A program made the translations under genes and the position numbers. The notes under the pieces were generated by a model. The model searched no databases. It was not told the DNA's origin and saw nothing but the letters and a program-made list of their open reading frames with translations. Below, in pieces: positions 23,559 through 33,724 of a DNA stretch of 64,000 nucleotides. Location: the NCBI GenBank assembly GCA_963813535.1, contig CAWEZH010000002.1, positions 800,001 to 864,000 on the forward strand, read 5' to 3'. Origin of the DNA: an uncultured Chloroflexia bacterium (GTDB lineage Bacteria > Chloroflexota > Limnocylindria > Limnocylindrales > CSP1-4). Each line of letters starts with the position of its first letter. Within the stretch, counting starts at the first letter, position 1.

Positions 23559-25196
23559 CTAGGGGTGGTAGAAGTCGACGACCAGCCGCACGCGACCGCC
23601 CGACACCCACACGCCGATGCCGACGCGGTCGTAGGCGGAGTTCATGAGGTTCACGTAGTGGCCGCCGTCGGGGCTCCAGGCACGCTCGCTCTGGAAGAAG
23701 CGATGGCTGCCGAGCACCGCGCTGAACGGGTTGCCGGAGCGGCAGCCGAGGTTCTCCGCCCAGCGATAGCTGCTGTACCCCGCGCGGCGAAGCCGATCGC
23801 CGGGGTTGCCGCCGCTGAAGTGGGTGCACATGTTGTTGACGGCCAGCTTCCTGGCATACGGGCGAGAGACCTTGCTGCTGATCCCGGCGTCGAACCGGAG
23901 TGGTGCGACGCTGCGACCGCCGGGGCTGGTGCAATCGCCGCCCGTGTCCACCCAGCCGCCCGTTCGGGTGCAGTTCATGAGCCGCAGGTAGTACCGCTCG
24001 ACCGATGCCCAGCTCCCGCCTCCGACGGCGCCACCACCGCCACCGCCGCGGTTCGTCGTCGTCCTGGTCTGCGTGGCCTGCGTCGCGGGCGCCGGCTTCT
24101 TGGCCACCCGGAACGTCGCCTTGGTCGGGACGCCGAGCGGGACATCGTCCTTGCTCATCGCCGTCCCGGCGATCGTCGTGACGACCGACGCCCGATACGT
24201 CAGGTTCGACGACGGATCGAAGATCAGGACGGTGTCGTCCTCGGCGAAGCGGATCTTGCCCGGGACGCGCTTGCCGTCGGCGGTGATGCTGAACGCCGCC
24301 TTGGTGGACGCCCGGTCCATCGACTTGGTGAAGCGGACAGAGAACGTCGTGTCGCGGGCGACGTCGGTCGTCGCGGCGCGCGGTCGGAATCGGACGACGG
24401 ATGGCGCCGCAACGGTGCGCAACGCCATCGTGATCGGCTCGATCTCGACGCCCGCGACGTCACGCGCGCCCGAGACGGTGAGTCGGTACTTGGTGTCGGG
24501 CGTCAACGGCTGCGCCGGGATGAACGTGTAGGTCGAGGCACCGGTCGCCGCGGTCGTCCGCGTCAGGGCACCCGTCAGCGGCGGATCGACCTGGATCGAC
24601 TCGCCGACCGATGCGAGTTCGACGGCTTGGTCGAACGCGATCGTGAATGACGAATCGATCGTGGCGCGCTTCTCGATACGGCCGGTGAACCCGAGCTGGG
24701 CTGAGGCTGCGTCACGTGTCAGGAATGACGACCGTGCGGGGCGGGTCATCGGCCGGCCGGTCGTCGCGAGGGCCCCCGCGCCGACCGTGACGGTGTAGTA
24801 GGTGGACGGTGTCCAGTGCCCGGTCGGGACGATCGACACGCTCGTGTCGTCGGCGCTCCAATCGAGCTGGAACGGGATCGCCGGCTGGATCGCGATGGCC
24901 GACTCGACCAATTCGCGCTGCATCGGCGTGGTGAACAGGATGCTCGCCGGGGCGCGGAGGTCGATGTTCGTGGAGATGGGGATGCGGAACGCGGCCTGGG
25001 TCAGCGGGACGATGTCATTGACGGGTGATGCGTTGGTGAGCGTGGGCCGGGCGAGCGAGATCGCACCGACCGCCACGATCGCCCCCAGACCGATCGCGAC
25101 CCCACCGCGCACGAGCCTGGATCGACCGAGAGCCACCGACGCGTACACGCCGAGCAGCACGGGGACGGCCAGGATCGCGATGAACAGCTTCCGCAA
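23559..25196 (-). CDS. Membrane-anchored protein with tandem bacterial Ig-like (Big_5) domains and C-terminal CAP/SCP domain
   Basis: Two N-terminal TM helices; three FxxxM/V...P...L...T.Y Ig repeats; LMN..R, H, RL..AGY, AEN.G, H..NL, GIG CAP motifs. Confidence 0.8.
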   Translation of the reverse strand: MRKLFIAILAVPVLLGVYASVALGRSRLVRGGVAIGLGAIVAVGAISLARPTLTNASPVNDIVPLTQAAFRIPISTNIDLRAPASILFTTPMQRELVESAIAIQPAIPFQLDWSADDTSVSIVPTGHWTPSTYYTVTVGAGALATTGRPMTRPARSSFLTRDAASAQLGFTGRIEKRATIDSSFTIAFDQAVELASVGESIQVDPPLTGALTRTTAATGASTYTFIPAQPLTPDTKYRLTVSGARDVAGVEIEPITMALRTVAAPSVVRFRPRAATTDVARDTTFSVRFTKSMDRASTKAAFSITADGKRVPGKIRFAEDDTVLIFDPSSNLTYRASVVTTIAGTAMSKDDVPLGVPTKATFRVAKKPAPATQATQTRTTTNRGGGGGGAVGGGSWASVERYYLRLMNCTRTGGWVDTGGDCTSPGGRSVAPLRFDAGISSKVSRPYARKLAVNNMCTHFSGGNPGDRLRRAGYSSYRWAENLGCRSGNPFSAVLGSHRFFQSERAWSPDGGHYVNLMNSAYDRVGIGVWVSGGRVRLVVDFYHP

Positions 25197-25284
25197 TACA
25201 GGACCTGGCTAGCTGGATCGAGGGGGCGACGGGGGTGGGGGCCTCCGCATGGTCGCCCGCATCACGCTGGGGCGTGTGCGCCGG

Positions 25285-26577
25285 TCAGGGTAGCATCGGG
25301 TGTCCAGCCCGGGCAACCGAACGGGACCCGCGCTCGCTCGCACCGGCCCAGAACGACGTCTGTTCGCCGACCAGTGTGCCGGCTGGTCGGTAGCGGCCGT
25401 GGGCTCCGCTCGCAAGGCCTCGTCGCTGCAGCAGCGTGAGCGCGGCGAGCACTGTCGCGACGGGGAGATCCGTCATCGCCACGAGCTCATCGACCGTCGC
25501 GTGGCCCGCCAGCAACTCGCGAGCGATGGCTCGCTCCGTGCGGCCGAGCTCGCGCGTGGACGCTGCGGACAAGGCGTCACGGCCAGGCTGCCGCTCCCCG
25601 CTGAAGCCGAGGTCCGCGATGAGCTGCGGGATGCCCGCGACCAGATGGGTCACCTCGGCGAACTCGCGCAGGAATGAGAGGCTGCCGGCCGACGCCCGGC
25701 TGTCGATGGGCCCCGGGACGAGGAAGCAGCCCCTGCCCTGCTCGAGCGCCCACGACGCCGTGATCAGCGCACCGGAGCTCGCCGGCGCCTCGACGACGAC
25801 CGTCGCGTCCGTCAGCCCGCTGATGATCCGGTTGCGCCGAGGGAAGGTCCCGCGTGACGCGGCGACGTCCGGTGCAAGCTCCGAGACCACTGCGCCGCCA
25901 CCCTCGATGATGGCCTCACCCAGGCGGCGGTGCGCCGGCGGACCGACCGTCGCGTGCCCGCCGCCGATGACCGCCACCGTGGTGCCACCCGCCCGAAGGG
26001 TCGCCTCGTGCGCGGCACCGTCGATGCCGAAGGCCAGGCCCGACACGACGGCCGCGTCGGCGGCGACCAACGCCGTGGCGATCCGCGCCGCCGTCGCGCG
26101 ACCAGCGGCCGTCGCTCGGCGCGTGCCGACGACGGCGACCGCTCGGTCCCTCGCGAGCGCGCCGTGCGGACCGCGCAGGTACAGCACGTGCGGTGGCATG
26201 GCGATCGCCGCGAGGCGCATCGGGTAGCTCGGCTCCTCGACGGTCAGGATGCGAACGTCGAGCGCACGGATCCGGGCGGTGATCCGCCCGGCATCCTGGG
26301 ACGCGTCCGCGATGGCGATGGCGACACGCTCGCTGATCGGCCGCTCACGGATCCCGATCTCCGACGCCGGGGTCGCCGCGAGCCGCTCGACTGCGCCGGG
26401 TCCGGCCGCGCTTGCCAGCACGTCCAGCGCGGTGCCATAGGTCGTCAGGAGAGCGGAGAAGCCGATCGGCCCGAGGCCATGGACCGAGGCCAGCACGGCC
26501 CAGGCATCGCGCTCCGGCGCGTATGGGTCGGGTCCGGTCGGTGGGACGTCGTCCGCTCGCGTCCCGATGCCGATCAC
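25285..26577 (-). CDS. dprA: DNA-processing protein DprA (Smf)
   Basis: YP..L, PP.VLY.RG, AVVGTRRAT, VVSGLAFGIDG.AH, FPRRNRIISGL, VVEA..SGALITA. Confidence 0.93.
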   Translation of the reverse strand: MIGIGTRADDVPPTGPDPYAPERDAWAVLASVHGLGPIGFSALLTTYGTALDVLASAAGPGAVERLAATPASEIGIRERPISERVAIAIADASQDAGRITARIRALDVRILTVEEPSYPMRLAAIAMPPHVLYLRGPHGALARDRAVAVVGTRRATAAGRATAARIATALVAADAAVVSGLAFGIDGAAHEATLRAGGTTVAVIGGGHATVGPPAHRRLGEAIIEGGGAVVSELAPDVAASRGTFPRRNRIISGLTDATVVVEAPASSGALITASWALEQGRGCFLVPGPIDSRASAGSLSFLREFAEVTHLVAGIPQLIADLGFSGERQPGRDALSAASTRELGRTERAIARELLAGHATVDELVAMTDLPVATVLAALTLLQRRGLASGAHGRYRPAGTLVGEQTSFWAGASERGSRSVARAGHPMLP

Positions 26578-26579
26578 GG

Positions 26580-28151
26580 TCAGGATGCCAGGGCGCCGAC
26601 GCGCGTCTCGATGGGCGACCGGTACCAGGCAGCCTCCTCGAGATGCGCGGCCTCGACCGCGGTCGCACCCTCGAGATCCGCGATCGTGCGGGCGACGCGC
26701 AGTAGGCGCTCCGTGCCGCGACCGCTCGCGAACTCCGCCTCGGCGAGCTCCGTGACCCGGCGCGCCGCGACCTCCGATAGCCGGCAGGCTCGTCGAAGCT
26801 GCCGCCCGCGGAGCTGCCCGTTCGCCCGACCACGGTCGAGCGTGGCTTGGGCGCGTGCCGCAGCAATCCGTGGCGCGACGGTCGCCGAGTCCTCCGGCTC
26901 CGTACCGACGACGAGTGTGGCGGCCGGCACCCGTGGAAGCGCGACCCACAGGTCGATCCGATCGCGCAGCGGTCCGGATACCCGCCTGCCGTAGTGATCG
27001 ATCTCTCCGATCGTGCACCTGCAGCGATCCTCGGGATACGACCCGGCGAACCCGCACGGACACGGGTTCATCGCCGCGATCAGCTGGAAGCGCGCCGGAA
27101 AGGTCATCACGCGGCCGGCGCGCGCGATCAGGATCCGTCCCTCCTCGAGCGGCTGACGGAGCGCCTCAAGGACGTCGCGGTCGAACTCGGCCAGCTCATC
27201 AAGGAACAGGACCCCATGGTGGGCCTTGGTGATCTCGCCCGGGGTGAGCGTCGGGCCGCCGCCGACCATCGCGGCGTACGACAGCGTGTGGTGCGGCGTC
27301 CGGAAGGGCGGCCGGCGACGCAGGGCGGAGAGCGGGCCCTCCCCGGCCGCCGAGGCGACGATCGAGACGCCGAGCGCCGCCGCGTCGTCGAGTGGCGGCA
27401 GCAGGCCTGGGATCGTCCGCGCCAGCATGGTCTTGCCCACGCCAGGGGGACCGGTCATCAGGAGCCCGTGCCCGCCGGCGAGCGCGATCTCGAGGGCCCG
27501 CCGCGCCTGGGCCTGCCCACGGACATCGGCGAGGTCCGGCGTGGCTTCGGCCCGGGATGTCGCAGGAGAAGGCGGGTCGGTGTCGTGCCCCGTCGGACCG
27601 GCGATCGTGACCCGCGGCATCGCGATCGGGGCCCGCCGCGGTCGCTTCCCGCGGACCATCTCGGCCGCCTCGGCCAGCGTCGCTGCACCGACGACCTCCA
27701 TCCCATCCACCAGCCGCCCCTCGTCCACCGCGGCCGGCGCGACCACGACCCGGCCGATCCGCCGCGCGGCCACGGCGACGACCATGGGCAGGATCCCGGG
27801 GACGGGCCGCACCTCCCCATCGAGCCCGAGCTCGCCGAGGAGCGCCACGGCGTCCGGTCCGGCGCGCACCTGCTCGGACCCGAGCAGGATGCCGATGGCG
27901 ATCGCCAGATCGAGCGATGCGCCGGTCTTGCGCAGCTCCGCGGGTGCGAGATTGACCGTCAATCGCCGCGGCGGGAAGACGAAGCCGGCATTCCTGATCG
28001 CGCCGCGGACGCGTTCGCGTGCCTCCTGGATCGCCGTGTCACCCAGACCCACGAGCGTGAAGCCGGGCAGCCCGGGCGCGACGTCGACCTCGACGCGGAT
28101 CGACCGACCGTCGAGACCGTACAGCGTGGCGGATGGGACGACGGCCAGCAC
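26580..28151 (-). CDS. comM: Competence helicase ComM / YifB Mg-chelatase-like AAA ATPase
   Basis: VEVD..PGLP, RERVR.AI, VNLAPA, GPPGVGKTM, PFR.PHH, LFLDE..EF, LRQPLEEG, AMNPCPCG, SGPL.DRID. Confidence 0.93.
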   Translation of the reverse strand: MLAVVPSATLYGLDGRSIRVEVDVAPGLPGFTLVGLGDTAIQEARERVRGAIRNAGFVFPPRRLTVNLAPAELRKTGASLDLAIAIGILLGSEQVRAGPDAVALLGELGLDGEVRPVPGILPMVVAVAARRIGRVVVAPAAVDEGRLVDGMEVVGAATLAEAAEMVRGKRPRRAPIAMPRVTIAGPTGHDTDPPSPATSRAEATPDLADVRGQAQARRALEIALAGGHGLLMTGPPGVGKTMLARTIPGLLPPLDDAAALGVSIVASAAGEGPLSALRRRPPFRTPHHTLSYAAMVGGGPTLTPGEITKAHHGVLFLDELAEFDRDVLEALRQPLEEGRILIARAGRVMTFPARFQLIAAMNPCPCGFAGSYPEDRCRCTIGEIDHYGRRVSGPLRDRIDLWVALPRVPAATLVVGTEPEDSATVAPRIAAARAQATLDRGRANGQLRGRQLRRACRLSEVAARRVTELAEAEFASGRGTERLLRVARTIADLEGATAVEAAHLEEAAWYRSPIETRVGALAS

Positions 28152-28246
28152 GCCGCCACCCTAATGACGGCCACTCATCGCGGACGTATCAGGTGATCAC
28201 CCGGGACGAAACCACCCGCTGCGCGGGCGATCAGGGGCGGAACGCC

Positions 28247-29416
28247 CTAGCGCGCCGCCACCGGCTGCGCCTGCGCGGCGACCGCGACCTTGTCGACGGC
28301 GCGCACGAACGCCAGCACCGACGCACCCAATGGCGAGTCGGCCTTGGTGAACATGAACGGGGCGCCCGAGTTGAGGGCACTGATCGCGCCGCGGTACTCG
28401 TTCACGACCTGATGGTCGATCGTCCGGCGCAGTGCACCCTCGGCGTTCTTGACGTTGATGCCGGTGAACGCATTCGAGCGGTTGAGGACGAGCTGGACCT
28501 TGTCCTTCTCGTACCCGAGGTGGTTCATGGTCTCGAGGATCAGCCGCACGTTCTTGAGGCACGACAGGTCCGCTGTCATGACCACGAAGACCGACTCTGC
28601 GGCCTCGAAGACCCCGAGGTTGATGTCGTCGAGCCGCTTGTCGACGTCGACGAGGATGTAGTCGTACATCGAGGTCAGCTGGTCGGTGATGAACGGCAAG
28701 TGCTCCGGCCGGACCAGTTCGGCGGTCTCGGGCGACGGCGGCGCGAGCAGCAGGTCGACCCCGGAGTCGTGCTTCACGATGACGTTCCGGATCAGGTCCG
28801 CATCGATCGACGGTGCCGTGACGATGTCGACGATGCTCTTGCGGTCGAGCCCGAGGTCGAGGAAGACACGGTGATCGCCGAACTGGAGGTTGCCGTCGAC
28901 CAGGCAGACCTTGCGGCCCAGCTCGCGGTGGAGGGCGATGGCCGCATTGATAGCGATGGTCGTCGTACCGACGCCGCCCTTCGCGCCGTAGAACGCGAGG
29001 ATGCGCCCCATCGGTGGCCGGGCAAGGAGCGCGTCACGCGGCGCGAACCGGGCAAGCAGGCTCTTGATGCGAGCAAGCAGCTCGGCCGGGTGAAACGGCT
29101 TGATGAGGTAGTCGTCGGCCCCGGCCCGCAGGCCGCGAACCTTCTGCTCCACCTCGCGCTCGGCCGTGAGCATGATGATCGGCACGTGCGACGTGCCCGA
29201 TTCCTCGCCGCGGATCTTCGTCGCGACCTGGTACCCGTCGAGCTTGGGCAGCATGACGTCGAGCAGGACGAGATCGGGCGCTTCTGCACCCCACAAACGA
29301 AACCCTTCGGCGCCGTCCCCTGCGATGACGACGTCATAGCCTTCCTGCTTGAGCGTGTACTGCAGGAGTCGCTGGACGTTCGGATCGTCATCGACGACGA
29401 GGATCTTTGCTGCCAT
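28247..29416 (-). CDS. Response-regulator receiver fused to CpaE/MinD-like ATPase
   Basis: REC domain (VVDDD, LLDVMLP, MLTA, KPF) plus GAKGGVGTTTIA.N, D.NLQFGD, LVLNR. Confidence 0.85.
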   Translation of the reverse strand: MAAKILVVDDDPNVQRLLQYTLKQEGYDVVIAGDGAEGFRLWGAEAPDLVLLDVMLPKLDGYQVATKIRGEESGTSHVPIIMLTAEREVEQKVRGLRAGADDYLIKPFHPAELLARIKSLLARFAPRDALLARPPMGRILAFYGAKGGVGTTTIAINAAIALHRELGRKVCLVDGNLQFGDHRVFLDLGLDRKSIVDIVTAPSIDADLIRNVIVKHDSGVDLLLAPPSPETAELVRPEHLPFITDQLTSMYDYILVDVDKRLDDINLGVFEAAESVFVVMTADLSCLKNVRLILETMNHLGYEKDKVQLVLNRSNAFTGINVKNAEGALRRTIDHQVVNEYRGAISALNSGAPFMFTKADSPLGASVLAFVRAVDKVAVAAQAQPVAAR

Positions 29417-29477
29417 CTGGCCTCCCAGAGCATGAACGCGGGACTACCGGGTCGCCGACAGCCCCCCGGCGCGGCGA

Positions 29478-30494
29478 TTATAGGTCGCGTCCCCCGCCGC
29501 GCAGATCGTCGTCTCGTGACGCACGGATCGCCATGCGCAGGAAGTCCATGACGCGGCGCTCATAGTCCTGCCCCACCGTAGCGTGTGCCTGGCTGTGATC
29601 GGCGCCCGGAACGACCCACTGCTGCGCTGCTGGGCCCGCCGCCGCGGCGAGCCTGCGACCGTCCTCCAGGGGCACCGTGGTGTCCGCCTCGCCGTGGATG
29701 AGGAGGAGTGGGACCGGCTCCACGAGCCCGATGACGCGGGCGGGCTCGGTCTCACGCGGGTCCGCGCCGAGCTTTCGGGCAGCGGCATCGAAGATGCGCC
29801 GCGTGACGACACGGCGGAATGGGATCGACAGACGGTTGGCGACGGGGATCTCGACCTCCGGCGCCGCCGAATCGGCGACGATCGCCACGATCAGCGGCCG
29901 AGGTGGATCGATCTCGGCGCGGGTGGTGTCCGGCTGCGAGTCGGCCGCCGACAGCGTCCCGTCCCCGAGGACGGCGACCGAGGTGATCGCGGCCATCCCG
30001 CCCATCGAGGTCCCGAAGAGCGCGACGCGACGGATCCCGCGTTCTCCGAGCCAGGCGAGGGCACCGGCGACGTCCTCGACCTCGAGCATCCCGAACGTGG
30101 ATGGTCCCGGGTCCGAATCGCCATGCCCACGGAAATCGATCCCGAGGACGTTCGCCGTGCGCCGCAGGAACGGTCCGTATTCGACGAGGTCCGGCGCGAC
30201 CGAACCGGTGTAGCCGTGGAGCAGGAGGATCGCCTCGTGCGGATCGGTCGTCCAGTCGCCCTCGCCGTCGCCGCTCTCGGCGGGTAGCCAGCGGCCGGCG
30301 ATGCGCAGCCCGTCGCGCGACCGGAACCGGACGACCTCACCGCCGAGTGCATCGAGCTGGTCGCCGAGCGCGGCCTCGTCGGGTCCTACTCGGGGCGCAT
30401 CAAGGAGGCGATCCGCGGCACGGCCGCCGATCGCCCGCAGACCCACGACCGAGACCGTCATTGCTCCAAGCCCCGTTGCGATCCGCCCGATCAC
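29478..30494 (-). CDS. Alpha/beta hydrolase
   Basis: LLLHG, DFRGHGDS, GTSMGG nucleophile, LLIHGEADTTVP, GADH. Confidence 0.85.
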   Translation of the reverse strand: MIGRIATGLGAMTVSVVGLRAIGGRAADRLLDAPRVGPDEAALGDQLDALGGEVVRFRSRDGLRIAGRWLPAESGDGEGDWTTDPHEAILLLHGYTGSVAPDLVEYGPFLRRTANVLGIDFRGHGDSDPGPSTFGMLEVEDVAGALAWLGERGIRRVALFGTSMGGMAAITSVAVLGDGTLSAADSQPDTTRAEIDPPRPLIVAIVADSAAPEVEIPVANRLSIPFRRVVTRRIFDAAARKLGADPRETEPARVIGLVEPVPLLLIHGEADTTVPLEDGRRLAAAAGPAAQQWVVPGADHSQAHATVGQDYERRVMDFLRMAIRASRDDDLRGGGRDL

Positions 30495-31108
30495 CCGGCC
30501 GCCCCGGCCCGCCCGGCCGCGCGGGGCGCCGCCTCGAGCGCCTCGAACACGATCCGGCTCCACGTCTCCAGATGGTCGGAGCCGGCCGCGACCTCGGTGG
30601 GACTGGCAAATGCCCCCGACAGCTTGTCGGTCTCCCGGACCAGCACGGACCGTCCTTCGGCCTCGGCAAGCACCACGACGCCGAGGTGGACGGCTCCGAC
30701 ATCGGTGGTGTCGTCGTTGAGCAGCGCATACGGGGTGAACACGGGCTCGAAGTCCGCCACGAGCTCCTCGTGCCATTCCCGGCGCAGCCCGCCGGCCAGC
30801 CCCTCGTCGCCGGGGTCGACGTGGCCGCCGACCCCGATCGACCATCGATCGTGCAGTCGCGGGTCGGCCCCGGCCCTGGTGCGACGCATCAGGAAGTAGT
30901 CCTCCCCGTCGCGCAGCACGAGGTACGGGATGATCTGCTTGAACGACGGATCGCGTTCCATCTCGGCGCGTGGCTCGTACCGGCCGTGCTCGGCGACGAC
31001 GTCCAGGAACGCGTCCAGGTCGGCCGTGCGAAGGCCGTACCACGATGCGTCGTCGGGCACGAGACGACGTGGGACGACGAGGACACGCTCGTTGTCGGGG
31101 ACGCTCAT
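30491..31108 (-). CDS. NUDIX-like phosphoesterase
   Basis: E.DP.FKQIIPY, RLH..SIGVGGHVD, GLRRE..EE, VG.VHLG. Confidence 0.8.
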   Translation of the reverse strand: MSVPDNERVLVVPRRLVPDDASWYGLRTADLDAFLDVVAEHGRYEPRAEMERDPSFKQIIPYLVLRDGEDYFLMRRTRAGADPRLHDRWSIGVGGHVDPGDEGLAGGLRREWHEELVADFEPVFTPYALLNDDTTDVGAVHLGVVVLAEAEGRSVLVRETDKLSGAFASPTEVAAGSDHLETWSRIVFEALEAAPRAAGRAGAAG

Positions 31109-31983
31109 CGTCCCGTGGAGTCCAGCCGCTCGCGGGCCTGCTGGAGCCGCTCCGCGACCGCAGCGCGACTCGGCTCGCCGTCGAGTTCGAGGTCGGCCAG
31201 CCATCCTTCGAGGACCTCGACGAGGGCGCGGATGCGGGCAGCGACCGGGCCACTGTTCGTCGTCACCATCCCTGTCCCCATCTCGATATCGCCTCGCGCC
31301 AGGCGGGTCATGTCGCGCCAGCCCGAGGCGGACAGCTGCGCCGCTGTCGTCCAGCCGTCGCGCGTCGCGCCCATCGGTCCGGCGACTGACTCGACCAGCG
31401 CTGCTGCAACGACCAGCGGCAGGTGGGAGATCCCGGCGACGGCCTCGTCATGCTCCTCTGCGCCGAGGCGGAGCGGTCGCGCCCCGACGGCCCGGGCAAG
31501 GTCCTCGACACGCTGGACCGCCGCCTCGTCGGCGGTCGGCACCACGACCCACGGTCGTCCGTCGAACAGGTCGGGCCGTGCGGCGTCGTAGCCGCTCGTC
31601 TCGCGACCCGCCATCGGGTGGCCGCCGACGAACCGCAGCCCCAGCTCGGCAGCCCGGGCGACGATCGCCACTTTCGAGCTCGCCACGTCGGTGATCACGG
31701 CGTCCTGGCTGATCGCCGACCGCCACGGACCGGCCAGCTGGTCGAGCTGCGCCAGACAGACCGGGGCAGGTCCCGCCAGGACGATGAGGTCGGCGCCGTC
31801 GATGGCGACCTCGGGGGAGGCTGCCGCCTCGTGGATCATCCCGTCCCGCGCAGCCGTCGCGGGACCATGACCCCTCGGCGACCACGCCGCGATCCTGGCG
31901 TCGGCGTTCGCCGTGCCTCGCTCGCGGAGCGCGCGGACGATCGACCCGCCGATCAGACCCAACCCCAGCAGAGCGATACGCAT
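31105..31983 (-). CDS. tyrA: Prephenate/arogenate dehydrogenase
   Basis: GLGLIGGS, TDVASSK, FVGGHPMAG.E, HD..VA.ISHLP, DMTRLA. Confidence 0.88.
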   Translation of the reverse strand: MRIALLGLGLIGGSIVRALRERGTANADARIAAWSPRGHGPATAARDGMIHEAAASPEVAIDGADLIVLAGPAPVCLAQLDQLAGPWRSAISQDAVITDVASSKVAIVARAAELGLRFVGGHPMAGRETSGYDAARPDLFDGRPWVVVPTADEAAVQRVEDLARAVGARPLRLGAEEHDEAVAGISHLPLVVAAALVESVAGPMGATRDGWTTAAQLSASGWRDMTRLARGDIEMGTGMVTTNSGPVAARIRALVEVLEGWLADLELDGEPSRAAVAERLQQARERLDSTGR

Positions 31984-32020
31984 CGGCGCGAGTATCGCAG
32001 CCGACGGACCGGCCGGCGCC

Positions 32021-32266
32021 TCAGGGGCTGGCGCGCCTCCGCCGGATGCGTCGATCGGCGATCCGCCGCTCGGCGCCCTCCTCGGGCGGGCCCGGCTCGT
32101 CGGGTGGGTTCACCCGGCGTGGCCGCTCGCGACGCTCGGTCGCTCGACGCTCGCGGTCCAGGACGGCACCACAGCGCGGGCAGCGGCGCTCCTCCGCGAA
32201 CAGCGAATCGACCGGCGAGACCGTGTAGATCTGGCGACCACACGACCAGCAGGCAAGGTGCGGCAC
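32021..32266 (-). CDS. Small Zn-ribbon protein with Arg-rich ERR/DRR tail
   Basis: CWSC...CPRC; purine-rich SD-like tract upstream of GTG 32266. Confidence 0.65.
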   Translation of the reverse strand: MPHLACWSCGRQIYTVSPVDSLFAEERRCPRCGAVLDRERRATERRERPRRVNPPDEPGPPEEGAERRIADRRIRRRRASP

Positions 32267-32288
32267 GGTGGTAGTCCCCCCTTCCCCG

Positions 32289-33668
32289 TCAGCCGATCGA
32301 CGGCAGCGCGGCGAGCGCGGCCTCGACCTTTTCGCTGGGGTACTCGTAGTCCTCGAGCGAGCCGTCGAGATAGCGCTCGTAGGCGGCCAGATCGAAGTGG
32401 CCGTGGCCGCACAGGTTGAACAGGATGACGCGCGCCTCACCGGCTTCCTTGGCCGCGATGGCCTCGTCGATGGCGACCCGGATCGCATGGGTCGGTTCGG
32501 GAGCGGGCAGGATGCCCTCCGCTCGGGCGAAGAGCACACCAGCCTCGAAGCTCGCGCGCTGGTGCACGCTGCGCGCCTCGATGTCCCCGTGCTCCTTCAA
32601 AAGGCTGACCAATGGCGACATGCCGTGATATCGCAGGCCGCCGGCATGGATCGGCTCAGGGATGAAGTCGTGGCCGAGCGTGTGCATCTTGGCCACCGGC
32701 GCCATCTTGGCCGTGTCGCCGAAGTCGTACGCGTAGACACCCCGGGTGAGGCTGGGGGCCGCTTCGGGCTCGACCGCGATGATCCGATGGGAGGCGCCCT
32801 CCCGAAGGTTCCGGCCGAGGAACGGGAACGTCAGGCCGGCGAAGTTCGACCCACCACCTGTGCAGCCGATGATGATGTCGGGCGACTCTCCGGCCATGCC
32901 CATCTGCTCGATCGCCTCCTGACCGATCACGGTCTGGTGCAGGAGCACGTGGTTGAGCACGGAACCCAGCGAGTACTTGGTGTCGTCGCGGGTGGCCGCA
33001 TCCTCGACCGCCTCGCTGATCGCCATCCCGAGGGAGCCCGGGCTGTCCGGATGCTCTGCGAGGACCGACCGACCGTAGTTCGTCGTCGGGGACGGGCTGG
33101 CAACCACCTCGGCGCCGTACGTCTCCATGAGGATCCGCCGATACGGCTTCTGGTCGTAGCTGGCGCGGACCATGTAGACCTTGACGTCGAGACCGAAGAG
33201 CGCCCCGGCGAAGGCCATCGCGCTCCCCCACTGGCCGGCGCCGGTCTCGGTCGCGATCCGCGTGACGCCCTGTTCCTTGTTGTAGAACGCCTGAGCGATG
33301 GCGGTGTTGGGCTTGTGGCTACCGGCTGGGCTGACACCCTCGTACTTGTAGTAGATGTGCGCGGGTGTATCGAGGGCGCGCTCGAGTCGATGCGCGCGGT
33401 ACAGGGGGCTCGGCCGGTACAGGCGATACGCATCGCGGACGGGCTCCGGGATCTCGACCTCGCGGTCCTGCGATACCTCCTGGCCGATGAGCGCCATCGG
33501 GAAGAGGGGCGCGAGGTCGTCCGGGCCGATCGGCTCGAGCGTTGCCGGATGGAGATAGGGCGACGGTGGAACCGGCAGGTCCGCCGCGATGTTGTACCAG
33601 GACCGCGGGATGCGGCTCTCGTCGAGGACGAACTTGGTCTGACGTGGATCAGCAGCGACGGCTGACAT
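32289..33668 (-). CDS. trpB2: TrpB-like PLP enzyme (TrpB2)
   Basis: [53 protein letters not shown]; GGAGG SD. Confidence 0.93.
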   Translation of the reverse strand: MSAVAADPRQTKFVLDESRIPRSWYNIAADLPVPPSPYLHPATLEPIGPDDLAPLFPMALIGQEVSQDREVEIPEPVRDAYRLYRPSPLYRAHRLERALDTPAHIYYKYEGVSPAGSHKPNTAIAQAFYNKEQGVTRIATETGAGQWGSAMAFAGALFGLDVKVYMVRASYDQKPYRRILMETYGAEVVASPSPTTNYGRSVLAEHPDSPGSLGMAISEAVEDAATRDDTKYSLGSVLNHVLLHQTVIGQEAIEQMGMAGESPDIIIGCTGGGSNFAGLTFPFLGRNLREGASHRIIAVEPEAAPSLTRGVYAYDFGDTAKMAPVAKMHTLGHDFIPEPIHAGGLRYHGMSPLVSLLKEHGDIEARSVHQRASFEAGVLFARAEGILPAPEPTHAIRVAIDEAIAAKEAGEARVILFNLCGHGHFDLAAYERYLDGSLEDYEYPSEKVEAALAALPSIG

Positions 33669-33724
33669 CCGTGGCCCTCCCGGAGGTCCCGCCGCGGTGA
33701 CGTCGAGCGGTCGGGGGCGCGAGC

